A stretch of 64,000 bases of DNA from Calcarisporiella thermophila CBS 279.70 (lineage: Eukaryota > Fungi > Calcarisporiellomycota), in contig NW_027192201.1 in assembly GCF_041956535.1 (NCBI RefSeq), positions 734,206 to 798,205 of the forward strand. Reading direction: 5' to 3'. Below the pieces are notes generated by a model. It did not search any database, was not told the origin of the DNA, and saw only the letters and a program-made list of their open reading frames with translations. Position numbers and translations under genes: made by a program. Below, piece after piece: positions 39,072-52,018 of this stretch (its first letter is position 1; each line of letters starts with the position of its first letter).

Positions 39072-40862
39072 CTAGTGGGCACCGCCAAAGTTGGCGCCGC
39101 GAGCCTGCGCATCCAGGGCTCGCAGTTTTTCGTCATGCTCCTTGTTCCTCAGCCGGGAGTGCCGGTAGGAGTAGGCCAAGTACACGATAACGCCGATGCC
39201 CAGCCAAACGAACACACGCCAGATCGTGGCCTTGTCGGCGAGGATGATCAGGGTCAGGGAGATGGCACTTCCCACGATGGGGAAGAAGAGCCAGGTGTAG
39301 CTGGGGCCCGGGATCTTGAATTTGCGGGGAAGGTCGGGCTGGGTGAAGCGCAGAATGACGATGCCGATGTGGACAAGGATAAACGCGAGCAGAGTTCCCA
39401 CGCTGGTCATGTTGCCGAGCACATCGACGGGGAGGAAAGCGCCGAGCAGGGCGGTGATGATGCCGCAGATGACCGTGGGCATCAGGGGAGTGCGGGTGCG
39501 GGGGTTCACACGGGCAAACATGAGCGGCAACATGCCGTCATGTGCCATTGTATAGAAGATACGAGTCTGGGCGAGCAGGAGAATGAGCATCACGGAGGTC
39601 AGACCGGCAATGGCGCCCAGCGAGACGATAATGGTGAGCCATTTCATGCCCGTGGCCATGGTGGCGGTGGCGATGGGAGCGGGGTCTCTCTTATAGGTGG
39701 GGTATGGCACGACACCGGTCATGATCATCGAGGTGAGCACGTAGAGGACGGTGCAGACCAGGAGGGAGGCGATAATACCGATGGGAAGGTCTCGCTGAGG
39801 GCGTCGCGCCTCTTGAGCCGCCGTCGAAACAGCGTCTGTCGCGACACAAAGAATGCAAAGGGGTTAGTGACGGGGAATGGGGTGCGGCGGAACTAGAAAG
39901 CTAAAGTAAGTACCAAATCCAATGTAAGCGAAGAAGACGGTCTGGGCGGCGGCGAAGATTCCGGAAGCACCGTATTCTCTCCAATTTCCTAGTTGAGAGA
40001 ACGAGAGGAGAGGAGGGGGAGGGTTAGGGGGTGGTGAGCAAAAGGAGAAAACGAAGAGGTGGGCAGGCAAGTCCATACCAGTTGTGTTCTCGGGGACAAA
40101 CGGTTTCCAGTTGTCGGGGTTGACGGATTTGGCGGCGGCCAGGATGAACAAAATGACGACCAAGACCTTGATCCCCACGATGACATTGTTCACGATTTTA
40201 CTCTGGCGGATGCCAGCACAGAGCACAATGGTCAGGGCGGCGACGATGAAGATGGCGGGCAGGTTGATGATACCGCCGGTGGTGTAGAAGCCCTTCTCCT
40301 CGCTGAAGGCGACGGGGGCGGTTGTGAATCTTTCGTCGACGGTGGCCCCGACGGTTTTAAGGAATTTGACGACGTAGCTGCTCCAGCCGGTACTGACGGT
40401 GGCGGCCCCGAAGAGATACTCCACCATCAAATCCCACCCGATAATCCAGGCGAGGAACTCGCCCATCGTCGCATACGAGTATGTGTAGGCACTGCCGGAC
40501 ACGGGAATCATACATGTCATCTCGGAGTAGGAGAGAGCGGCAAAGCCGGAGGCAATGGCCGCAATAACGAAGGAGATGATGACGGCAGGGCCTGCGCTGT
40601 CCGCGGCAGCATGGCCGCTGAGCACGAAGATGCCCGTTCCGATGATGGCTCCAATGCCCACCATGGTCAAGTCGAATGCCGACAGGTCTCGCTTCAGGAC
40701 GTTGGTTTCCTCGCCGGCATCCTCGCGTAACCGCGCAAGCGTCTTGCGCTGGAAGAGATTGCGGAAGAAGCCGTTGTTTACGTACTCGTACTCGGACTGG
40801 AGCACCTCGGACTTCTCCCTCGAGTCCAAGGGCTCGCCGGTAGTTTCGATTTTCTCGCTCAT
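39072..40862 (-). CDS. APC-superfamily amino acid permease (cationic amino acid transporter/YfnA-like)
   Basis: GIGAIIGTGIFV, AGPAVIISF, GSAYTYSY, GWDLMVEY, FFAYIGF, RIFYTMAHDGMLP, SVGTLLAF; 2 short introns. Confidence 0.92.
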
Positions 40863-42165
40863 AGCCAGGAGGTTGACGGGGGAGGGGGGAAGAGGAAGGG
40901 GGCAGCAGGAGGAGCGGGCAGACGCAGGTGGGAAGAATGGGAAGAGAGGAGGAATAAGGTTGGTGCAGGAGAGGGGGGAAGCCGCTTAGCGATAGAGTCC
41001 AGAGGCGTTCGAATGGTGAACAGGCTCGAACCTTTTTTTTCGGCCGCCCTCTGCGTCTTTTATATGGACATATACGAACGAATGAAATATTAACTTATTA
41101 AGCGGTTTCAACCGTATTTGAGATTCCGCCGCGCGAGATTGCAGCCACCGCAATGACTAGCGATGGGGCGAGCACCAGTGCTAACCTTAGCCCGCGAAGG
41201 AAATGCGGCCGGCTATGGAAATGGGGGGTGCTTGTGACCGGGTTTCCTAAAGGAGGCCGCCGGAGAATGAATCGCGCCGGGCTCCAGCAAGCCTCGGTTG
41301 CGAGGCGAGCAGCTTTCCTTGGCTGCAGATTGCTAATCGCATCCCGAAATAGCCTGTGTTTGTTAGGCGGGGCCCGAAACCGTTGCTTAGCCTGCGTCGC
41401 ACGGCCCTTCCCATTCTGCGCGGCCCGCTCACACGACGGTGTCGATGAATCGCCGGCCCCGGCTAATCAGCGGCCGCCCGCCCCATGTGCTTATCGCCGC
41501 GGGCGCGCATGCGCATCCTCCCCCCATCGATCGCGGTGCTTGTGCTTTCAAAGGCCGGTGCCGGATGTGGCAGCTGGGGTCATATGTTTCAGCGTTGGGT
41601 TTCCGGCTCCATGCAATTTCAGGCTCCGGCCAATATTCGCGCTTCTTGGTCATGCCTCAGCCGTTTACCCGAGAAGGAGCGCGGGAGAAGGCTCTTGAAC
41701 GCAAAGCGGGGCGTGACTTCGCACGTTTGTCAACGCTAAAATGCCCTCTGCAAATTCAATCTTCAAGAATCAATGAAACCCACCGCCATGCCTCCTCCCT
41801 CCCGTCGCCGCGTGGAAACACCAGCCGCCCAGTTTCGGATAAATCCCCGCTGCCATCTTGGGTTCGCTGGGAGCACCATCGCCAAATCAAGCGGAAAGCG
41901 GCTCCATTCTTGGAGTCTTTGTGTCTGCGCAATGCAACCCAAAACGCCCGCGGGGTGCTCGCCTCGCAAGGCCCAGCCTTCGTCGACAGGCCTTGGGAAG
42001 TCTGGCCGCCTCTGCTCGATCTGGCCGGGCTCTGGAGCAGCCGGCCCAGGACTGAGACGGATGGAAAGTCCCAGTCAATCGAATGGTAGGCGCAAATGTA
42101 TCGGGAATTAGGTTTGGGGAGCGCGCGCTATGGGACGGCGGAGCTGCAATGGCCAGAAACATCAT

Positions 42166-42173
42166 ATGACTCA
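42166..42173. promoter_or_regulatory. Gcn4/AP-1 site ATGACTCA in the permease/SFP1 divergent intergenic region
   Basis: Exact motif, with GAGTCACGTCAC nearby at about 42280; a role is inferred from the adjacent amino acid permease. Confidence 0.3.
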
Positions 42174-43944
42174 AATCCCACTTCCTTGATCGATTTGGGA
42201 GGTTTGCGGCCATTGCACAAATCACCGGTGGCTTGAATGGAATTCCCCGTCATTGTCACATCGCGGAGTCGGAGACGGAGAGTCACGTCACAAGTCACAA
42301 GCCGAAGCTTCTTTGCTGAACTCAGTCGCCCCCCCTCTTTCGGATAGGTGGGGGGACTGGATGGAAGCCGTGGAATATGGAATATTACATAAATTTCGCG
42401 CATTACTCACCCTAATCTCCTCCCTGGCCCGGCTCGACGTAATCCTACATGCTGCAGGCTGGCTGATGCTTCGCTGCAGGCCCCTCCTTGCTCTTTCTCC
42501 CTCTGCATGGGCAAGGATGCTTTGGTCGTGTCAGCGCGCCCTTTTTCATTTCTTCTTTTTCTTTTGTGTCTGGCGGTCGTGCGCGGCTTTGGCCCCGCCG
42601 CAATGGTCGAGTCTCGTGGGGGAGGGAGGGGGCATTGCTCTTCGGAATGGAAACTTCTCATAACGTGCCTCGAGGCGGTAGAGCAAAGCCGGTTTTTTTT
42701 CTTGTTGTGGTGGTGATGGTTGCGACGAATCTAGAACCTCGTCAAGAGAAAAAATATCGAGAAGAGGAGGCGCGGAAGGTTATTTCCAAGCGGCTTATCC
42801 ATTTCCTTCATCGATGCGGCTGGGCTTTCTCCCCCCCCCCCCCCTCCCCCTCTCCAAGCCTCAGCCCAATTGTGCCGTTTCTTGTTTCCTGGGTTTTGAG
42901 TTTGGAGCTGCAAACAAAAGGAGGCCTGGAGGGCCTACTCTAGACCTGTTCCCCCTGTCCCTTCATCAATTCTAAAACCGGTAAAATGGGGGAAGGAGAG
43001 CGAAGGAGAGATCGTAGAGATCGCCGCTGCGCCGATGTCAATTCCATTAGGGGCTTTTTTAATTTCAAACAAACCATCTGCACGTCGATTTAAACCTGTC
43101 GCCCATTTTATTGTGGACCCACTTTTGCTTTTCCAGCTGTCCCCGGCCGGCCCAAGGAGCTAGGCCTAAAATCCTCCCCTCCTGCCCGGCGCGCTTCCCC
43201 TCCCCCTGCCCTCCCCCCTCTCGCCCCTCATGCAGTTTGCAGCTGGGTTGGAATCATCGAGCAGACTCTGCATTACATTTGCGTTGGCCGCCAACAAAAA
43301 ACAAAAAGAGAGCCGTAATTTACCTAAAAAGATAAATGAAGGCGTGGATAAGGAGATATTGAGTGGAAAACCGCGCAGGCCCTAGGCGCGCCGGCCCAGC
43401 TGATTGGGAATCCCAATTACTCAAGCATCAACAATGAACCGGATTTTCCATGGCACAGAAAGCAGAGGGGCGAGGAGGGGGGAGATTGGGAGTTGAGAAT
43501 AAAAAGGGAGACGATTCCGAAAAACTCGGCCAACACAAACGTTCCCTTGGATTTTCAGTTTTCTTTCAAATAGACAGAGGCCTCCTTCTCCCTCCCCTAC
43601 GCCCTCCTCTTCCCTAAGGCCCCCCCCCATCTCTCACACAACACTGCCCTTCCTCTGCAAGCTTTACTCGTGCATTCTTGGTTCCCATTTCCTATCCTCT
43701 CTCTCTCCTCTTTGGGCCTTTCTCATTGCCGCACGCCTCCCTTTTCGTAGAATAGTCCCGACGGCTGTGTTATTCAGGGCGTTTAGACCAACTTGCCCTT
43801 ACCTCGCTTGTTCGCTTTTTTTTATATGGTCTATTACCTATTTGCCTGAAATTGTTGCACCCTTTCCTTGTGCCCTACACAACGCTTGTCAGATTCCGTG
43901 CCCATATTCTGTTTGCTTGTCGACCTCCCCAAAAAATATTTAAA

Positions 43945-45036
43945 ATGCCTTCAATCGAACTTCGTCCCACAAAGGACATCCCTTTAGAGTAAGTACCATT
44001 TCTTTTCTCTTCTCCCCCCCCCTCTCCATCCTTCCCTCTCTACCACTGCCCGTTCTTTGCGCGTTGTGTGTTCACATGGACCCAATTGCTTACCTTTCTC
44101 CTCCGCATTTGTTTCGCTCTGTAGATTCTTTCCTAATGACGAACTGACCCCGCTTCCTTCCCCAGCCGCCATGGACCCGGAAAACACCACTCTCACCGCT
44201 CTGGAGCGCGCATTCTGTCGTGATTTTGCTTGCTGCGGTCAAGTTTTGCGCGATTTGCACGATCTTTTACAGGTGCGTTGGAGCTCGATCTCTCCTAGCC
44301 ATTCCCTTTCCCCTCCCTCTGGCTCTCGAGGCTAACCTCGTCCCCTTTCTTCTAGCACTATGAGGAGAACCATGTAAGGGATTTCGAAGAGTCTTCCGCA
44401 GACGAGACGGACGCGACGGAAGAATGGGAGGATCCCATCACCCCTGTTGATTCGGTGGGTGAGTGGGCGCTCGGGGATGCTTTTGTGGTGGGGCGGAAGC
44501 GCCGGGCCGAGTCCGCCGATTTCCTCGCCCCCTCACACAAACACTTCAAACATGCCATCGACCCAGCTGACGAGCAGGACGAGTCTCTGGTGTCCCCCGA
44601 CCTCCTCACCCTTCTCAGCGTGTCGAGCACCCCATTTCCGATGTATGAATGGGATCCGCTTCGACGCGAGACAGAGGAGGAGGCGCGCCCCTTCAAATGC
44701 ATGGTGGAGGGGTGCGACAAGGCCTACAAAAATGCTAACGGACTCAAGGTAAGGACCCCTCCCCCCATGCCCATAGGGCTTCCACGTCCTCCAAACCGCG
44801 TCACTGACCTCTCCTCCCTCTAGTATCATCATCTCCACGGCCACTGCCAGTCCATAGAGGACCCGCGCAAGCCATACCGATGTAGCTCCTGTGGGAAGCG
44901 CTACAAAAACGTCAACGGACTCAAGTATCACATGGAACATGCCCACGCCTCAAGCCCGCTCCTGAATCCCTCCACTGGTATGGGAATGGGATTAGGGACC
45001 GGGGTCGGAATCGGGATGGAAGGGGGTTGGCTCTAA
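43945..45036 (+). CDS. SFP1: Split zinc-finger transcription factor, Sfp1-like, 4 exons
   Basis: [27 protein letters not shown]; [28 protein letters not shown]; [21 protein letters not shown]. Confidence 0.9.
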
Positions 45037-45739
45037 AGAAAAGGAGACCTAGTGCTCTCCCCCCCCCCCTCCGGGCTCGACAAAAATAAACGGGATTGTG
45101 TTTTTGGCTTTTATTTATATATACTGTTCACTTGCATATTCTCCAACCTCCATGTGTATTTCCTCCCCCGCCATTTGCATCGTTTGCATTAGCAATGCTC
45201 CAACCCCCCTCCCAAAAAAAAAGAGGGTTTGCCTCTTATTTCTCTACCCTCCAACAGCATGCCTTTTGACTATTATTTCGTTTATTGTATATAATAATAT
45301 TGTCATTGCTTATTCATGGTTTTTTTTTCCCCCCCTGATGATTCATATTGGTATGTTATTGAATAATAAAATGAATCAAGACATAAATAGCACGCATCTC
45401 CATCGGATGCGCTGAGCCTATTGTGAACCGGGAGCGGAATCCGAAAATTTGACGGCAGGGGGACCAAAAAGAGAAACAGAAACAATGTTGTACTAACGCC
45501 CAAGGGGGGGGGTCGAGTCGGTAGATGTGGATGGGGGGGTGTGTGTACTGTGTTATAGGATATGAATACAGGTAGAACAAGAAGAGACAAGCTGAGTTTA
45601 GGGAGACGAAACCAGAACCATCCAATGTCGACCATGAGAGGAGGGCAGGGAGAGAGCGGAGTAGCAAGGGGAATGAAATGAAAAATGCATCGAATCTATA
45701 AGTGGAATACAACCATCCAATGGTAAACGGGCCCATTCT

Positions 45740-48700
45740 CTATAGATAGGCGCTCAAAAACCTCCGATTGCAGTAGGCCTCGTACACCTTCATGTCAATC
45801 ACCCCGATGCGCACCTCGGCTCCCGTTCCCTTCTCGCCCCCCTTGCCCTGCGCGACGTACGCCGCATAGGTCTCCCATTCCGGATGCCCCTTCTCCCCCT
45901 CGCCCTCCAGTCCTCCACTCAAGTGCACGTGGCGGAACTGGTGGATATACCGTTTATACTCCTTGGTCTCGGAAGGGGTCACCTGCGGCGCCAACGAGCG
46001 CGCTATCATAGCCTCAAGGGAGTTGAGGGGGGGGACGACGGGGGACTTGGCGGGAGCCACAGGAGGTGCGGTCGAGGAGGGCGCAGGCTGGGGATTCGAG
46101 AGGGTGAGAAAACGCTTCACGCCACCGATACTCATCCTAGTAGTACGGGAGAGAGTGGGTTAGGTTGAGGAGATCACGCCGGTAGGGTAGTAATAGGGGG
46201 AGGCAGAGTTGAAAGTAGAAAGGCAAGAGGATCATCGCCTACCGTGAAGGACTAGTCGCGGCCAACTCGCGCCGTACCACGAATGGGCTATAATCGTATT
46301 CCTCGGGATCGGGTAAGCTCCTATCCGTCGGCCCAAAGGAAGACGCAAACGAAAAGAGGGTCGTTAGACCTCATCAGCCCTCTCGCACAAAAGCCCAATG
46401 GGAGGAGCAACTCACCGCTGAGGCTGTGGCACGTATTTCATCGTGCTGTTCATGTTGTAGGCAAAGAGTCTAGCAAAGCTCGTGAAGAGCCGGGGCCGGT
46501 AGTATTCGAGCCAGAAGGCATCGTACTCCACTTCCCCTTGGTTCTGGCGGAGGCGAGGGGGGTGGGAAGGCGGTGGGAGGAGTGGCCCGTGGGCGGCGGA
46601 GGTGGAGGAGGGAATGAGGGTGGAATCGGAAGAGGAGGACGAAGACGGCGGTGGAGCTGGGAGCCAGCGTGCTGGCGGAGAAGTGTTGCATACCAGGTTC
46701 TCCTTCGTCCACCAATGAATATAGCTATCAGTAGGCAAAAGCGAGAAAGCTCAGCGCTCTGCTGCGCCGGGAAAAGAAGGTCACTCGCACTTACTTTCGA
46801 CGGGGCTTCTTAAATCTGGGGTCCTTGTTGTGCAAGTAGTAATCGGTATTCAACTCCCACAGCATCGGGCGGCCACGCTGCATCACAAAGTTGCCCAGGA
46901 ACAGGTTGATGGCCTCCTGCTTTTCTGCGTCTGCAAAAGAGTTGCTAAAGTATCTCCGGATCGTCTCGATCATGTCTCGCGAGTGGCTCGACCACTGATT
47001 GATCCTGCGATAGGTCTCCATCGTGTTCACCAGGTGCGACCCGCCATACTGGAGCGCAATGGTGTCACCATGGTCGTGGTACATGTCGGTGAGCATGTTG
47101 ACCACATCGCTGTCAAAATGCACCGTCGGGGCGTCGATCACCCCCAGCGCATAGAGCTGGTGGCCAAAAGCGCGCTTCCCAATCATGAACTGGGCCGCGT
47201 TGGTGCGATCGAGACAGTCGATGCAATTCGTCCTCACCACTCCGTTCTGCAGCAGATACATTCGCCGATCCCCCTCTCTCCCTCTACCGACCGTCTCCAC
47301 CTCTTCGCCCTCCTTCTCCTTGTTCCCTCGGCCATCCCTTTCACTCCGCAGCACGTTGATGTAGGGCTCAGGACCGCTATGGAAGAAGCCGGTGGCCCCC
47401 AAGGCTCGCTCCGCAAACTCCTCGAGGAACCCTATCACGTCTTGGTCGTGGCTTTTCGCCGCTCGCGACATGTCCCATGCTGTGTAGCAGATTTGGTGGG
47501 TAGGTGGGAGAAACTGGTTGAGATACCGCACCGCTTGAGCGAACTCATCACCCAGCTTGGACTCTCGTTTTGTCTTTTCTTTCGTCTATTAGTCAAGGCA
47601 TTATGAGTCACTCTGGGGGGTAAAGTAGGGGTGGGATGGGATGGGAGGGGGGAAGGGGACAAAGTGGGAGGGGGGCCAACAACCAACACAATACCTTGAC
47701 CAGGTTGAGCACGATGACGGGAATACCATATCTTTTAAACATCTGATCGAAATGCAACGCAGCCGCCGAGAAATAGGGGTCGATGAGGGTCACTAGCAAT
47801 AAACACCATTTTCACATCGGACCTGAATTCGAGGGGAAAATAAAGAATCACAGCTACACCTACATTCGATGGGTGGTTTCGGAGACATGTTGGTCGTGTC
47901 CTGCGCCCAAAATAATGGTATGGATCCGCGATATTGCACATAGGATGTGTACGCAGGGTTCAGCCGGTGAGGATCGCCAAATGCGTGGAACGAGGTTGAT
48001 TTTACCTCGGACACGATCTGCTCCGTCTCCACATCATTCGCCACGTATCCCTGGTCGTTGACGCCTCGCTTAAGATAGCGTGCGCCAGCAAAATACCGGG
48101 AGCGGCGGGCAATAAGCGTGACAAAGATGCTCTGTCCGAATATCGAAATCTCTGAGGGTTTGGAAAGAGAGCGGGGGTCAGCGGGAGGGGCGGGGGCAAA
48201 CTACGGCATAAGCAAGGAAATCAGAACCTACTTGATTGATCAACAAATCCATGAATAATCGGGAGGATCCAGTCCGAGTTCCTCGTGTTGTGCGGGTTGT
48301 TACTGTCTCCGCCTCCGCTCAGGCCTCGAAAGCCCGTCTCGAGCAGGTAGTGGTTCCATACAAACATCTCATTGTAGATGTCGGCAGGGCGGGTCATGTT
48401 GTTCTGCAATGTGCGCGTGATATCATATGTATATGAAAAGTAAAAGTTCTTGGTGATATCCACGTTGCGAAAGGTATTCATATATCTTTGGGTGTGCATT
48501 ATCCAATTGGAGGGGGAAAAAATCGAGTGAGTATAGAGGTGCATGGCGAAAGGGAGGCGTCTAAAATTACCGTGTTTCATCCGAGTTCTTCTCAACCTTT
48601 TGCGCGCTGATGCTAAGGAGCATCGTGCCATCGATGTGGTATATATAGTGGCCTCCAATTAATGCCACCGCGCTCCGCTTGGTAATGAGTGACACATAGT

Positions 48701-49199
48701 ACCCCTCCGTAAATCTCACAAATCCTATCCATTCCAAATTCATTATGCTGTAGCGTGCCGAGAATGCAAACACACACGGAGCGGAAACCACTTACCCACT
48801 ATTCCATATGCACTACACACCTCGCGTAATCCACCAGAGCTCTTGTTTCCATTTTCAATCATTTCGAGTAACTGGTTGATCTCTTCACGGGTGTACTTGG
48901 TCGCGTCCTCGGTGACGGAGAGTTCGGTAGGATCCGTTCGGTCGATTTTCAGAACACGAAAGCGATTATCGCTTTGATTCGTACCTACAATGTAGAATCT
49001 CTGTGGCAAGCGTCAATATGTATGGAAAGAAAGCGACTTCAAAGTAGATGGAAATTCTGGATGCAACTACCGTCTTGGTTTCGTACAGAGTGAATTTGTT
49101 CAGAATGAGACGGGTTGACGCCACTTCAGGTAGCGTATCCGTTGGCGGAACCGCATTATCTGTTGGGCCATTCTCGTTTTGATCTGAGAGCTCGGCCAT
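45740..49199 (-). CDS. FIG4: Polyphosphoinositide phosphatase (Sac domain)
   Basis: [37 protein letters not shown], catalytic [32 protein letters not shown]. Confidence 0.94.
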
Positions 49200-49454
49200 C
49201 CTTGTCTGTCTTGGTTATTCAGCACTAGGGTGGCACATGGGCTCTTCCCAGCACAGAATAAAACTCCTTCCAATTCAAAAAAAAAAAACGGATATGGAAT
49301 CCAGCAGTCACGCTAGTTTTAAGAAAGCATTTTTCGATGACGCAACAAAAGAACAATTGATAAAGACATCTGAAAGATTCCCTTTCTTCTAAATTTTTCT
49401 TTCTGATCAGCTCTTAATTTTGCCTTCACAAAAAAAAGAAAAAAATTTCTAAAA

Positions 49455-50831
49455 ATGAACCTTGACGTGAAGGACGAGGACCGCGTGCGGATAAGCTATT
49501 CGCGCACCGAACCGCCCTCCTCCACCCCGGCCAACAACAATTCTTCGACCATTACCCAGCATCCAATCTTGCCCACTCCCGCGCTAAATTCTGTGACCGC
49601 GGCCACCAGCACACTGCCCACTGCGCTGCCCACTGACGCGCCGACACTGGCGCGCATGCTCGAGCAGCAGCAGCGCTTGTCCGAGGAGCTTTCAAGACGT
49701 CTCGAGGCGGTAGAGGCGGAGAACCGGCAAATGGCTGAACTTCTCGCGATCCGGCGAACCACCACAACCATGCCTAATGAGGACAAAGACGAGGAGCTTG
49801 CGGTAATCATATTCGCTGATTTACATTCTTGAACTGGTCCCTTACCTGGATGCCTTCTTTATAATTTTATCTCCTCCCAGATGCATCTTCGCTCACTTAT
49901 TGATGCACAAATCAAGAACGCCCGCATCCAGAATTTTGCCAATGACACTCTCCTTTTCGACTTTAGTCGCTCATTCGGCGACCCCGTCAACCAGGAGGTT
50001 GCCAACCGATTCGCGGACATGGCTCTGGAATCGCTCCCTCCGAAACCGGGTCGAACCGTGGCTCACTGCATGGCCGTCATGAGGCAATACTTTAAAAACA
50101 AGCGCTATGTGACGGTGGGGAAGGGGGCTGCATCGTACGGGGACCACAAGAGCAAGGCCAAGAGATTGTCACGCCGGCGAGGGGTAAGTGGCCCGGGCGC
50201 GCTCTGCTTTAGTAAAATAGTGAAGGGATCTCACTCTAACGTGGCCATATTTTTCCCCCTAAACCTGTTAGAAATTGAGGAGAAGAAAGAAGGCCTTTGC
50301 ACACTTCCGCAGCGAGGGCGGCGAGCTCCCGCGACCGATCAAGGAGTATGACGCAGTGCTTGTGGTGGATGCGATGTCGCCAGAAGTGTCCGAGACAGAG
50401 GAGCTGCCGGACGGGCAACGCGAAGTCTATTTCCGAAAGCGGAGAGTGATAGGCAGAAGTCAGGAGGTAAGTCGGCTGAAAGCCCCTCTTGAGGCGCTTG
50501 TCTTGAGCCAGTGATCCGCGTGTTCCCCCCACACGCACGCACTTGCGCTTATCTATCCATATAACCTCGTAAAATACGATAGTGCGAGGACTTTTTCGAG
50601 CGGCTCGATAGCTTCGGGAAAGAGCAGCACGTGCAGCGACGCGCTCCAGCAGCCGCAGACGAACTCGACGGCCGGATGCCATTGGTGGGCATGCCAGAAT
50701 GGGCAATAACAATTTCTCCGTCGCAGCAGGCATCCAATATCATCGCCACGGGTACAGCCGAAGCAACGGTCAATGCTAATGCTCTAGGAGGAATCGGAAT
50801 GCCCTCCCCTAGTGATCTGGCCCCGCCTTAG
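49455..50831 (+). CDS. Uncharacterised protein (coiled coil, helical basic domain, MSxExS..RS.E...LD..P.WA motif), 4 exons
   Basis: Clean GT-AG introns at about 49803-49880, 50184-50270 and 50467-50583 join four ORF pieces into one open frame. Confidence 0.75.
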
Positions 50832-51234
50832 TACCAAGGGGGGTGTCTGATTCTCTTTTTTAATTGCATGATGATATTCTGTATTCTTCTGCTTCTCTTT
50901 CTTCCCCTGTAAAATAATACTATAAAACGAGATGTGGGGGGGTTTTGTTATAAATAACGCGAGGAAAAATAACCCTTCTTTTTTCCTCTTTTTCTTTTGT
51001 CGCGATTCTTTATTTTCTTAAAGCGTTTTGAAACAACTTTGTAATTTGAACTATACGGGTCCCATTCTGAGCATACAATATCACACCATTACCTCTATTT
51101 TCTATCCTCCAGCCACCCATGCAGGAAGTGCCATGCTTGAAAATAGCATCCAAATCCCTAAACGCAGTGCCAGCTCCTTCCGATCCTCCGCCCGTTTTAC
51201 CTATACACGTCTCAGCCATTCTGTTGAAAGGCAC

Positions 51235-52018
51235 AGCCCTGGTGAGGGCTCGTGACTAAACTGTCGTGGCATTGTTTTTTCTTGGCCAGCTTGCCCGCTG
51301 GCCAACCCTTAGTCACAAGTTTGCCATCTGATAAATTCTAATAAGGGCTTGATGCGGCGTTCATAACCGGATTCTCCTCCTTAAGACGGCCTTCGACTTG
51401 GATGATTCTAGCTGGCGGTATATGACGGACATAAAGGGGTTCAACCTGAGCGGTCAAGGACACTTGACCGGACTATTGTCCCACTAATGAGCACAGATTT
51501 AGCCATTAAGAGAAATCAAGTACTCTCCGGCCGTTCGGACGTCCACCAACTTCATGTGGACTTATTAGCGTGGAATTAGAGCCACTCGGAACTTGTGCTC
51601 CCCCTTCCCTTGGTCGACCATATCCTTACAGTCACAGTGACTTTGAGGGCCGCCAGAAATTTCCGACAGCAGGCGAGGTTCCTTGACGGAAAATATCTTT
51701 GGCTGCTCTCCCGACCCGATTCCTATTATTGCAACCTAAAATCGTCACTGTCACGGGGCCGCCGCAATCTTGGCAGTGCTTGAGGCAGCTCTTATCATGG
51801 CTGCGGGAGTGCGCAGGTGACTATATTGGCGTGTGAGAGAGCACCGCCCCGAATTGGGAGGCTACAGCTGGCTGCAGAAGTAGGCAGGGGAGGAGGAGAA
51901 GGGTTTGCGCGGGCCCAGGGAGAGATCTAGAAGCATCTCTTTTCAAGAGAACCTCGCCTGTGGTTTGTTTTGCAATGGTGCATTTGGGTAGGCGCTGGTT
52001 CATAGTGAGCGCCTGCTT
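51235..52018 (+). ncRNA. Candidate structured RNA of unknown class
   Basis: Many nested inverted repeats, including a 12+5 bp long-range stem (51670-51686 with 51943-51960). G-T pairs favour the + strand. No credible ORF. Confidence 0.4.

Noticed and set aside
42063-42360. RNase MRP-like GAAAGTCCC ... GGGACT
   Set aside because: The CR-V context and other helices are not found; the match is short enough to be chance.
41100-43400. Many overlapping 60-200 aa ORFs
   Set aside because: GC-rich divergent promoter between the permease and SFP1; no protein-like composition or splice structure.
51055-51080. TPP riboswitch-like GGGT...CTGAG.ATAC
   Set aside because: The downstream TGAT..GATAATAC..GCG half of the aptamer is missing.
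51620-51627. ATATCCTT as a U12-type 5' splice site
   Set aside because: Intergenic, with no matching TCCTTAAC branch point; no U12-type introns were seen in the gene models examined.
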